Below are positions 1-8,304 of a DNA stretch of 64,000 nucleotides, piece by piece. A model generated the notes under the pieces. That model saw only the letters and a program-made list of their open reading frames with translations. It made no database searches and was not told the DNA's origin. Every line of letters starts with the position of its first letter. The first letter of the stretch is position 1. This DNA comes from an uncultured Candidatus Saccharibacteria bacterium (GTDB lineage Bacteria; Patescibacteriota; Minisyncoccia; Minisyncoccales; CAYJUL01), in NCBI GenBank assembly GCA_964401295.1, contig CAYNXX010000001.1, positions 137,076 to 201,075 on the forward strand, read 5' to 3'. The translations under genes and the position numbers were made by a program.

Positions 1-1246
1 CAAACCCAATAATTACAGATCGCTGCATACCACCTGTTTTTGTCTTGACGGAAAAATTACGGAGATACAGATAAAAACCCGCGAAATGCATATTGAAGCT
101 GAAAATGGCATCGCGGCCCATTGGGCTTATAAAGAGGGGCTCGATTTGAAAAATAAAAAATTCGCCTGGGTTAAACAATTAATGGATTGGCAAAAAGAAA
201 TTTCCGGATCAAAAGAATTTTTGGAGCGCCTTAAAATAGATTTCTTTAAAAATAGAATTTTCGTCCTTACGCCCAAGGGAGATGTGATTGATCTGCCGGA
301 GGGTGCAACGCCAGTTGATTTTGCCTATAGCGTACATGGTGAAGTGGGCGAAAAATGCTCCGCCGCAAAAATCAATGGGAAAATCTCCACCTTAAACTCC
401 GAACTTCATAATGGCGATCTTGTTGAGATTATAACCGAGAGAAATAAAAAACCATCTAGGGACTGGTTGGAATTTGTAAAAACCGCAGCAGCAAGAACTA
501 AAATAAAGGAGTGGTTCAGAAAAGAATCTCGTCCAGAAAATCTTACAAGAGGTATAGCATTGCTGAATGAAACCTTCAGATCAATAAGGGGCATTTCTTT
601 TGCCAATATTGACCAACACAAAAAGGATAAACTGCTCAATATTTTCCACTACAGAGATCTTGATAGTTTGGCCGTAGCCGTGGGCCAAGGAGAAGTTTCT
701 CCGGGGGAAATTTTAAAATCTGTATTTGGAGAGCGCGATTTGTTGTCCCGGACTCCAAAAATAGAGCTTGCGCGCAATGAAAAAATCGCATCGGGCAAAG
801 CTGCCATAGTCCTAGCTGGCACAACCGGCATAGCAATCAAAATCGCAAAATGCTGCCTTCCTCAGCCGAATGAAAAAATAATGGCCTACATTTCAAAAAG
901 CAAACCGGCTTCAGTCCATAAAGAAAATTGTGTCAACTTTTTATCGGCAAAAGAAAAATGGCCTCAAAAAATTATAGAGGCCTCTTGGACGAAAAACGCT
1001 GCCAATGCGCCATATCTTACAACTCTCTCAATTCTTACCGAAGATAGAATTGGACTCCTGCGCGATATTACATCGCTGATAAGCTCAATGGATATAAATA
1101 TTGTCGGATGTTACACCCAACCAAAATCTGCCACTGATAAGGCAATCGTTAGATTAACTTTAGAGATAGACGGAATTAAAGAGTTAGAGCAGGTTTTTGA
1201 ACGGCTCAAAAGCGTAGATGGCCTATTGGAAATCAAAAAAATCTAA
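1..1246 (+). CDS. relA: GTP pyrophosphokinase / (p)ppGpp synthetase-hydrolase RelA/SpoT, 5'-truncated at the window edge (TGS and ACT C-terminal part present)
   Basis: The frame is open from base 2 upstream of the first ATG at 86. The translation reads YRSLHTT...EIQIRTREMH..AENGIAAHWAYKEG, which is the conserved RelA/SpoT synthetase-to-TGS junction. The C-terminal ACT-like region is present. Confidence 0.85.
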   Translation, partial: KPNNYRSLHTTCFCLDGKITEIQIKTREMHIEAENGIAAHWAYKEGLDLKNKKFAWVKQLMDWQKEISGSKEFLERLKIDFFKNRIFVLTPKGDVIDLPEGATPVDFAYSVHGEVGEKCSAAKINGKISTLNSELHNGDLVEIITERNKKPSRDWLEFVKTAAARTKIKEWFRKESRPENLTRGIALLNETFRSIRGISFANIDQHKKDKLLNIFHYRDLDSLAVAVGQGEVSPGEILKSVFGERDLLSRTPKIELARNEKIASGKAAIVLAGTTGIAIKIAKCCLPQPNEKIMAYISKSKPASVHKENCVNFLSAKEKWPQKIIEASWTKNAANAPYLTTLSILTEDRIGLLRDITSLISSMDINIVGCYTQPKSATDKAIVRLTLEIDGIKELEQVFERLKSVDGLLEIKKI

Positions 1247-2121
1247 GATTTAAGGCGCTGAAGCAAGTCATTTATCTCCTGTTTTGACTTAAAGGAAATG
1301 ATAAGCTTGGGCCTTCCGGCTTCTAAACCGAACTTCAAATTTTCAATCCCAAAAATCTCTTTTGCTTTCTGCTCAAAAGTTTTCAATTCCCCCAAAAGAG
1401 CAATATGCCTTTTCGGCGCGGTCCAAATCTGTAGTCTTTGGGCAAAGCGCTCTGCATCGCGCACACTCAATCCGTCTTTTTGTATTTTTGCGAAAACTAT
1501 TTTTTGCTGCCCGGAATCTCGAGCCATCAAAATAGCTCGGGCGTGACCCTCGCTGATTTTTCCTTCTTTGATTGAAAACCTAATTTCTTCAGGTAAAGAT
1601 AAAAGACGCATAGTATTGGCAATTGCTTCACGGCTCTTACCAACTAGTTTCGCGATACCTTTTTGATGAAAGCCGAATTCATCCTGTAGTCTTTTATAGG
1701 CCTCGGCGCGCTCCAACGGATTCAAATCCATTCTTTGTACATTTTCTACCAGAGACAATTCCAATTTTTGGCGCGGGTTGGCTTCGCGTATTATCACCGG
1801 CACGCGTGAAAAATTAGCCATCTTCGCGGCTAAAAGTCGACGTTCTCCGGCGATCAACTGATATTCTGTTTGTCCGGTTGCATTATTTTCAATCCTGCTC
1901 ACAACCAGTGGCTGCAAAATTCCATGAGTCCGGATTGATTCGGCTAGAGCATCCAAGGCCTCTTGGTCAAACTCACGCCGAGGCTGATAGGGATTCGCTT
2001 TTATCTTTTCTATCTCTATAGAAAAAACCGCTTCTTTCCTTGATTCCGGCACGGTTAAGCTTGCCGGTTCAGATTTTTTGGGGATTAATGACTCCATCCC
2101 CTTTCCAAATTGCTGTGGCAT
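1243..2121 (-). CDS. parB: Chromosome partitioning protein ParB (Spo0J)
   Basis: ParB box motifs (GERR...; HTH region LVENVQR) are present. It lies directly downstream of parA on the same strand. An alternative start at MESLIPKK is possible. Confidence 0.85.
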   Translation of the reverse strand: MPQQFGKGMESLIPKKSEPASLTVPESRKEAVFSIEIEKIKANPYQPRREFDQEALDALAESIRTHGILQPLVVSRIENNATGQTEYQLIAGERRLLAAKMANFSRVPVIIREANPRQKLELSLVENVQRMDLNPLERAEAYKRLQDEFGFHQKGIAKLVGKSREAIANTMRLLSLPEEIRFSIKEGKISEGHARAILMARDSGQQKIVFAKIQKDGLSVRDAERFAQRLQIWTAPKRHIALLGELKTFEQKAKEIFGIENLKFGLEAGRPKLIISFKSKQEINDLLQRLKS

Positions 2122-2127
2122 ATGATT

Positions 2128-2952
2128 TTATCCGGCGGGTTTTATTTCATAAGAATTTTGAGCCAAAGCATAACCTTCTCTTATTTTTTGCAGGTCAATC
2201 AATTCTTGGGCGATTTCTTTATAAGCTCGGGTGGCCAAGGACGCCGGCGCATAATGGAAAATAGTTTTGCCAGCCCGTGGCGCTTCGGCCAAAGCTACCG
2301 AACGCGGAATTACCGTACGAAAAACATAGCCTGGAAAATTTTTCCTGACCTCCTGCGCAACTTCTCTTGAAATCTTGTGGTGACTATTATACATCGTTAG
2401 CACTGCGCCGGCTATATTTAAATTGTGACCAAAATTATTTCTTATTAAACTTATCGTTGATAAAAGCTGGTTTAAACCTTCAAGCGCAAGGTATTCACAC
2501 TGCACCGGAACTAAAACATCGTTCGCCGCAGATAAAGCATTAATGGTCAAAAGTCCTAGACTCGGCGGAGAATCAATAAAAATAAAATCATAATCCTCGC
2601 TTATTTTTTCCAGAGTCTTGGCGAGTTTCGTTTCGCGCTCATGTACTGATACGAGTTCCACCTCCGCGCCGGCCAAATCCTGCGTTGAGGGCATAAGATC
2701 ATAGCCGAAAAACGGAGTCCTGCGTACCACGGCTCTCGGATTTACGTTGCCCAAAAGCGCATGATAGACGGAAATTGGAATATTTTTCGGATGAAAGCCC
2801 AAAGAATAAGTGGCATTGGCTTGGTGATCAAAATCAACCAGCAAAACTTTTTTCCCGAGCGACGCTAGAAAAACGGGCAGATTAACGCTTAAATTGGTCT
2901 TACCGACGCCTCCTTTATTGTTGCAAATCGCTATTATACGCGCCATTACCAA
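2128..2952 (-). CDS. parA: Chromosome partitioning ATPase ParA (Soj)
   Basis: Deviant Walker A motif KGGVGKT (IAICNNKGGVGKTN) is present. The parA-parB operon order is conserved. The true start is probably MARIIAI at 2946. Confidence 0.9.
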   Translation of the reverse strand: MVMARIIAICNNKGGVGKTNLSVNLPVFLASLGKKVLLVDFDHQANATYSLGFHPKNIPISVYHALLGNVNPRAVVRRTPFFGYDLMPSTQDLAGAEVELVSVHERETKLAKTLEKISEDYDFIFIDSPPSLGLLTINALSAANDVLVPVQCEYLALEGLNQLLSTISLIRNNFGHNLNIAGAVLTMYNSHHKISREVAQEVRKNFPGYVFRTVIPRSVALAEAPRAGKTIFHYAPASLATRAYKEIAQELIDLQKIREGYALAQNSYEIKPAG

Positions 2953-3013
2953 ACATTAACATAGCTTTATTTCATTTACAAATAGTCAATTTTTTGATAA
3001 AAAAAGTGATCGC

Positions 3014-3100
3014 GCCCGGGTGGCGAAACTGGCAGACGCACAGGACTCAAAATCCTGCGAGAGCAATCTCATGAGGGTTCAAGTCCCTCCCCGGGCACCA
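3014..3100 (+). tRNA. tRNA-Leu (anticodon CAA), class II with long variable arm, CCA encoded
   Basis: Acceptor GCCCGGG pairs with CCCGGGC. U8 is present. The D-arm GGCGAAACUGGCAGACGC is Leu-like. The anticodon stem is CAGGA/UCCUG with loop CUCAAAA. A long variable arm and T-arm GAGGGUUCAAGUCCCUC are present. The sequence ends A-CCA. Confidence 0.85.
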
Positions 3101-3132
3101 AAACTAACTTTGTCGGAAATGACTGCTCCGCG
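3095..3132 (+). repeat. Copy A of the 37-nt tRNA-3'-end-associated site (gcaccaaaactaactttgtcggaaAtgactgctccgc); one mismatch versus copies B and C
   Basis: Direct comparison with 45085-45121 (same orientation) and 46672-46708 (reverse complement). The single difference (A versus T) falls in the central AATT. Confidence 0.9.
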
Positions 3133-3275
3133 CGCCCCGATAAAAACTGCTAAAGATCTGTAAAAACATCGGCTCGAACCATATTTTGTAAAAGCAGGGG
3201 GGAATTTTTTTTAAAACTGAATACTTGATTCTAAAATCAACAACCTCGCTGATTTTTTGTTTCTGATACAAGCTA

Positions 3276-3303
3276 TTGACTTTTGTTTTGTGTATTATAT
3301 AAT
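3276..3303 (+). promoter_or_regulatory. Sigma70-like promoter (TTGACT, 16-nt spacer, TATAAT) for small ORF P1; a strong SD AAAGGAGG lies at 3335-3342
   Basis: Consensus hexamers were read directly from the sequence. The SD sits 6 nt before the ATG at 3349. Confidence 0.6.
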
Positions 3304-3348
3304 ATAACTGGCGCCTAAGAAAACGGGTGGCCAGAAAGGAGGATTGCT

Positions 3349-3663
3349 ATGGACCATAGCAACCTTGCAGGTCAGAAGTATTCCCACAGTCAATGTGTTC
3401 ACGGCAGGTGCCTTGACCACGGACCGGAGTGGGAAAACGTCGGTGAAGTGCGGCGCGAGCCCAATCCAGGAATCTTCGGTAAGAAGACCTCCGGGATGAA
3501 CCGTTGCTGCGGCAAGCCGATGACGCAGTACAAAGAAGTGCAGACGCAGCGGTGTCGTAAATGCGGACGTACCAAAGATCACATAACGAACTACCGCCTC
3601 GTATTCTGCCTCTGCTGCGGCTACCACTTCACCAAGTCCGGCAGCTCATTATTTACCCCCTAA
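3349..3663 (+). CDS. Small Cys-rich hypothetical protein P1 (104 aa, 10 Cys, CxxxxC / CC / CxxC / CxCC pattern); visibly GC-rich compared with the host
   Basis: The ORF has a consensus promoter, a strong RBS and an intrinsic terminator. Its G+C is visibly above the ~35-40% of flanking genes. It lies between the tRNA-Leu-associated repeat copy A and the hairpin motif m1. Confidence 0.6.
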   Translation: MDHSNLAGQKYSHSQCVHGRCLDHGPEWENVGEVRREPNPGIFGKKTSGMNRCCGKPMTQYKEVQTQRCRKCGRTKDHITNYRLVFCLCCGYHFTKSGSSLFTP

Positions 3664-3680
3664 TGGTCGAGATGTAACAA

Positions 3681-3722
3681 GGGGGTTGCGGGAGAAATCT
3701 CGCACCCCCTTTTTCTTTTTTT
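3681..3722 (+). terminator. Rho-independent terminator of P1 (GGGGGUUGCGGGA-GAAA-UCUCGCACCCCC, GNRA loop, followed by a U-run)
   Basis: The hairpin and T-run (TTTTTCTTTTTTT) were read directly from the sequence. Confidence 0.75.
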
Positions 3723-3782
3723 CGTTTTTGAAATTATCCGGTTCGCGGCGAAGCCACTCATTTTTTGTGGGAGTTTCCTCGC

Positions 3783-3816
3783 CGCTGTAGGCGGCGAAAT
3801 GCATTTGAACTATTTT
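3783..3816 (+). repeat. Motif m1: short GC hairpin (cgccgcTGTAGgcggcg) plus the tail aaatgcatttgaactattttaag. It is related to inverted motif m2 at 42868-42901.
   Basis: About 29 of 33 nt are identical to the reverse complement of 42868-42901, and the upstream hairpin is analogous. Both sit at the tRNA-distal end of a GC-rich islet. Confidence 0.6.
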
Positions 3817-3876
3817 AAGAATTGGGTACTACAAAGACGGGCAGAAAGCCCGTCTTTGTGACCGCTCAAATACTAG

Positions 3877-4404
3877 TTATTTAAACCGCCTGACAAGGCT
3901 TGGCGCAAAAGAAACAACCAACCATCCGCTCAAAATACCTATAACCGCTCCCCCTACAACATCTGTCGGCCAGTGGACGCCCACGAAAACGCGGGCTAAA
4001 GCTATTGCACTGCTGGCAAGCAAAAATGCAACGCCGGCTTTTTTGTTATAAAGATAGAAAACAGTTGAGAGCGCGAAATAAAAAGTGGCGTGGCCAGACG
4101 GAAAAGAATCATAAAGTGGTTCCCTACCGACGAGCGGAATGATATTTCCGTTAACAAACGGTCTTGGACGCGCGATAAAAAAACGTATAATCTCGGCAAC
4201 AATAAATCTTGAAAAAAATGCGGCAATTAATCCCTGCCATACCATCGGCCAGTATTTTTGGGCACGAAGCAAAAGAAAAATCGGTATGGTTAAAAGTAGT
4301 GCGTATCCCGCATATGTGGCGAAAAAAATAGCCACCGTGTCTAACCAGATATATTTCAATGTAAATCCGTTGATTAGCCTAAAAAGATATTGATCTATGG
4401 TCAT
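3877..4404 (-). CDS. PAP2-family phosphatase (undecaprenyl-diphosphatase / PgpB-like) membrane protein
   Basis: PAP2 signature motifs are present: RPRP, SFPSGHA and GVHWPTDV. Confidence 0.8.
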   Translation of the reverse strand: MTIDQYLFRLINGFTLKYIWLDTVAIFFATYAGYALLLTIPIFLLLRAQKYWPMVWQGLIAAFFSRFIVAEIIRFFIARPRPFVNGNIIPLVGREPLYDSFPSGHATFYFALSTVFYLYNKKAGVAFLLASSAIALARVFVGVHWPTDVVGGAVIGILSGWLVVSFAPSLVRRFK

Positions 4405-5561
4405 ATTTTTAGATTTCCATTAGCCTTTATTTTTTCTAGATAGGATTTTTTGCCAGCTTTTTGCGCGAAATATCCGGCTATTGCGGCCATAACTCCGTTA
4501 TCTGTGCAAAACTGCGCTTCGGGAGCAACAAAAGCAATATCTGGCGATTCGTTTTTCAATCTCTGTTCCAGTTGACGCCTTAATTCATTGTTGGCCGCAA
4601 CTCCGCCGCCGATTATCACCATCTTAGCATTATAATTTCTAGCCGCGCGGATTGTTTTTTTAACCAAAACGTCAATTATGGCCTGCTGAATTTCAGAGGC
4701 CATTGCCCAAATATAATTCTTGGACATTCTTATTTCCTCCGGCTGCGTTCGCCAATTATACAAAACTGCAGTTTTAAGTCCGGAAAAGCTAAAATCACAA
4801 TCCTGACTTTTGATCATCGGCCGCGGCAATTTAAGTTTCTCTTTATATTTATATTCGGCGCGTTTAGCCGCTTCTGCTATTGCCGGCCCTCCTGGATAAC
4901 CTAGTCCCAAAAGCCGCGCAGTTTTGTCAAAACATTCACCGGCCGAATCGTCCCTCGTCTCACCTATAATCTTATAGCTTCTCGGCTTTTTTGCCAAAAT
5001 CAGCATCGTATGTCCGCCCGACACAAGTAGGCAAATAAAAGGAAATTTATATGGCAGATCCGACAGATTAAGACAGCTCGTTAGAAGATGCGCCTCCAAA
5101 TGATTAACCGCAAAAATTGGTTTATTCCACCAAATTGCTAAAGTTTTCGCAAAATTTATGCCGGTCCAAAGCGCCGGCTCAAGCCCTGGACCATTGACTA
5201 CTGAAATTAAATCTATTCTTGGCACGCCATAATTTTTTAAAAACTTAACCGTACTGGCATAAAATTTTGGCTCTCTTCCCAATATTTTTTTAACTTTTTG
5301 ATTTTCGGATTGTAATTTTGACTTTTGATTTTTGGGTTTTGATTTTAACAATCCCGATAGACTCAAGGCCTTCTTTAATACCGGCACAAGATTGCGTTGA
5401 TGTTCTCTTTTCGCCAACATCGGCACAACACCGCCCCATCTCATGTGAATTTTCACCTGCGAAGAAACGATATCGGAAAGAATTTTAAAATTGTCGTTTT
5501 CTGAATCAACAATCGCTATTGCGGTTTCATCGCACGAAGTTTCAATGCCGAGTATTTTCAT
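4401..5561 (-). CDS. tsaD: tRNA N6-adenosine threonylcarbamoyltransferase TsaD (Kae1/Gcp family) with a lysine-rich insertion
   Basis: The N-terminus reads GIETSCDETAIAIV. The HxxH-type metal site and the C-terminal ASKAC fold are consistent with TsaD. Confidence 0.85.
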   Translation of the reverse strand: MKILGIETSCDETAIAIVDSENDNFKILSDIVSSQVKIHMRWGGVVPMLAKREHQRNLVPVLKKALSLSGLLKSKPKNQKSKLQSENQKVKKILGREPKFYASTVKFLKNYGVPRIDLISVVNGPGLEPALWTGINFAKTLAIWWNKPIFAVNHLEAHLLTSCLNLSDLPYKFPFICLLVSGGHTMLILAKKPRSYKIIGETRDDSAGECFDKTARLLGLGYPGGPAIAEAAKRAEYKYKEKLKLPRPMIKSQDCDFSFSGLKTAVLYNWRTQPEEIRMSKNYIWAMASEIQQAIIDVLVKKTIRAARNYNAKMVIIGGGVAANNELRRQLEQRLKNESPDIAFVAPEAQFCTDNGVMAAIAGYFAQKAGKKSYLEKIKANGNLKI

Positions 5562-5735
5562 GGCCTTAAAATTTTATATAAAAACTGATTAGATAGATCT
5601 TTTTGATGACTGACGCATCACTATTTTAAGAATTTTAATTTTATTTTCCGTGGTTAATTTTATTACTTTCATAAACTACCATGCCATATCTTAAAATAGT
5701 TAATCGGGTAGGCTAGTATACTATGGCAAATAAAT

Positions 5736-6677
5736 TTAATATTTATTGACGTGCTCCAGTGCCAATTTTACAGCGCCAATAACAGGTTCGCTGCGCGGCA
5801 AAACAAAATAAACTCTCCGTGCCACCTTTTTAATTTCAGCCTCAACCTCCTTTGTCACCCATTTTGAACGGAATAGTCCACCGCTTAAAACTACAGGAAA
5901 TTCCCTTTTATCTAAATTAAGTCTTTTAATAACAGTTAGGGCTGCCAGCGCAAGTTCATCGCCGGCCGAAATTAATATTTTTTTTGCCGCCTTATCGCCT
6001 CTTTTGGCGGATGCATCAACCAAATGTGAAAATGAGGCAACTTTCTCAACCAAATCCAAAGTGTATATCATTTCTGTAAGATCCTTAGCTTTTTTAACGC
6101 GCCATTTTTTGATAATCGCCATGCCCAATTTACTCTCCTTCTTGCGGCCGTCCAGCTCATGGCATAGCATTTGTAAAACTTTTTGACCGATCCAAAAAGC
6201 TGAACCCTGATCACCTAAAATATAATCCCAGCCGCCGGCAATCGCCTCGTTGTCGCCGCGCCAACCCATGGCAATCGATCCAGTGCCAGCTATGACAACC
6301 ACGCCGTCGCCACAATCGCTGCCGGATCTGAATGCGGCTTTTTGATCTCCTTCTACTGCAATAATTTCATGCAAATTCGCAAATTGCGGAAGCGCTTTTA
6401 AAAGATAACTTTTTATCGTCTCTCTTTTTTTTGTATTGCGCTCCAGAGAACCAGCAAGAGCTATATATATAGAGGCGATTTTATTTTTATTCATGCCGAT
6501 AGAAACTTTTTTTATCGCCGATTTTAAAACTTCGATTGTCTGATCATATCCAACTTTATTTGGATTAGAGGGGCCGAACAAGGTTCTTTTGATAATTTTT
6601 CCGGATGAATCAGCTAAAACGGCGATGGTTTTGGTGCCGCCGCCGTCTATGCCTATGACAAAATTTTTGCTTTTCAT
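5736..6677 (-). CDS. BadF/BadG/BcrA/BcrD-type ATPase (N-acetylglucosamine kinase-like)
   Basis: The N-terminus reads GIDGGGTKT. Acetate and sugar kinase / Hsp70 / actin fold motifs are present. Confidence 0.7.
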   Translation of the reverse strand: MKSKNFVIGIDGGGTKTIAVLADSSGKIIKRTLFGPSNPNKVGYDQTIEVLKSAIKKVSIGMNKNKIASIYIALAGSLERNTKKRETIKSYLLKALPQFANLHEIIAVEGDQKAAFRSGSDCGDGVVVIAGTGSIAMGWRGDNEAIAGGWDYILGDQGSAFWIGQKVLQMLCHELDGRKKESKLGMAIIKKWRVKKAKDLTEMIYTLDLVEKVASFSHLVDASAKRGDKAAKKILISAGDELALAALTVIKRLNLDKREFPVVLSGGLFRSKWVTKEVEAEIKKVARRVYFVLPRSEPVIGAVKLALEHVNKY

Positions 6678-6748
6678 ATATATTTTTATTATATTTTCTT
6701 TTTTTTATTATAAACAGATTAAAAAGCGGTCACAATGCCGCTTTTGTT

Positions 6749-7027
6749 TTAGCCGTAACTCGACTTATCATTTAGTGCAGTTTCGAAACGCTCCCGTTCA
6801 CTACCCATCCAATAGCCGAAAATTGCCATAAAATCTTTAAAGCAAGCGTCGCAAAGCTCAATATATCCTTCTATCTCTGGCTTAATAAAACCGTGGGCTA
6901 TTAAAGAAAAAAGTTGCCTTATATGACGCAAAATCCAACTCCAATAACCTTCTTTGCCGACAGTTTTTATTCTGTTGCCCGCGCCCCATTCGTTTATCCT
7001 TACCCCACAGCGCATGCAGTTTCTCAC
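6749..7027 (-). CDS. Small zinc-ribbon-like hypothetical protein (CMRCG...CDAC)
   Basis: The ORF overlaps the downstream gene start by 4 nt (operon-like). No recognisable family was found. Confidence 0.4.
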   Translation of the reverse strand: MRNCMRCGVRINEWGAGNRIKTVGKEGYWSWILRHIRQLFSLIAHGFIKPEIEGYIELCDACFKDFMAIFGYWMGSERERFETALNDKSSYG

Positions 7028-8304
7028 TTTTGCCTCCTTTGTTTTTTAAAATTTTTAAATTGCGAATAAAAAATGGTCTTGTCTTCTACCAAATCTTGCA
7101 CCATAGCATTCGGTCCAATAATACAATACGAACCAATAAGTGCACCGGGCATTAGACTTGCGCCGACTCCGATATGCGATTTTTTGCCGACAATGGCGCC
7201 CAAAGATGCAAGCTCGGTGTTTATTTTCCCTTTTTTAGAATAAGCTCTAACGATTCCTCTGTCAAACCTAACGTTTGCCGTAATCACGCCCGCACCGATT
7301 CTGCAGTCCGAGGAAAAAACCGAATCGCCGAAAAATCCAGAATGGCAATGGACATCATCGCCAAAAGAACTGCGCGCGATTTCGGCATTTGCGCCGATGA
7401 TGCATCTTTCTCCTACATCAACATAATCGCGCAAAAGCGTATTATTTCCAACAACCGTTCCTTTGCCTATATAAACCGGGCCCTTGATAACCGCATTTTC
7501 AAAAATCTTTACCTTCTCGCCGATGAAAACCTTTCCGCTTATGATTGCATTCGGTGCAACTTTCACACTTTTGGCGATAAAATATTTCAAATATTTATCA
7601 AACAGATATTTTTTAATTTCAGAAATGTGCCATGGATATTTTAAAGACGGGCTTTTTGTGCCTTTTTGCAATAACAGCGCTGCCAAATTATGATCTTTTG
7701 TATAGGCCGAGAGGGCTGCCTCAAAATCATATGCGCCGCGTTTAGTTTTTTTATAGACATCAAAAAATCCTGGCTCCAATAGATAAATACCCACTGCTCT
7801 TATTTTTGATGGTTCTTTCCCCGCTTTTGGCTTCTCAACAATCTCAGCAACCTTAGACCCTCTCATTTTTATTATTCCATAAAGCTCGGGTGTTTCCGTT
7901 TCTTGGCCAACGAGCAAGCCTGCGCCGCGCCTGGTAGGATATTTTTTCTTCATTTCCGAAATTATTTCTTCGGCATCTATTCTTGAGGCATTTAAAACAA
8001 AGAATGGACCGGAAAGCAGACTTTTTGCCTGCCATAGGGCATCACCCATACCCCTTGGCTCTTTTTGCGTGACGTAGTGTATCGCCGCGCCGGTCATCGG
8101 ATAATTTTTTATAACGGCTTCGATCTCTCTATTTTTTTCCTGCACGATAATAATATTTTTAATGCCGGCGCGTTTTAAAGCCGAAATTGTATAGTAAATT
8201 AAGGGCTTGCCCATTATTTTGAAAAGGACTTTTGACTGGAAATTTAGCGGCCAGAAGCGCGATGATTCGCCGCCAGCCAGGATTACCGCCGAAATATTTT
8301 TCAT
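7024..8304 (-). CDS. Sugar-1-phosphate nucleotidyltransferase with C-terminal left-handed beta-helix (hexapeptide repeats); GlmU/RmlA-like bifunctional architecture
   Basis: The N-terminus reads AVILAGGESSRFWPL, an NTP-transferase G-loop. The C-terminal half contains repeated [LIV]G-x4 hexapeptides. Confidence 0.75.
   Translation of the reverse strand: MKNISAVILAGGESSRFWPLNFQSKVLFKIMGKPLIYYTISALKRAGIKNIIIVQEKNREIEAVIKNYPMTGAAIHYVTQKEPRGMGDALWQAKSLLSGPFFVLNASRIDAEEIISEMKKKYPTRRGAGLLVGQETETPELYGIIKMRGSKVAEIVEKPKAGKEPSKIRAVGIYLLEPGFFDVYKKTKRGAYDFEAALSAYTKDHNLAALLLQKGTKSPSLKYPWHISEIKKYLFDKYLKYFIAKSVKVAPNAIISGKVFIGEKVKIFENAVIKGPVYIGKGTVVGNNTLLRDYVDVGERCIIGANAEIARSSFGDDVHCHSGFFGDSVFSSDCRIGAGVITANVRFDRGIVRAYSKKGKINTELASLGAIVGKKSHIGVGASLMPGALIGSYCIIGPNAMVQDLVEDKTIFYSQFKNFKKQRRQK

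Noticed and set aside
3295-3627. 110-aa minus-strand ORF overlapping P1
   Set aside because: It is antisense to an ORF that has a consensus promoter, SD and terminator on the plus strand. It has no RBS. It looks like a GC-rich-frame artefact.
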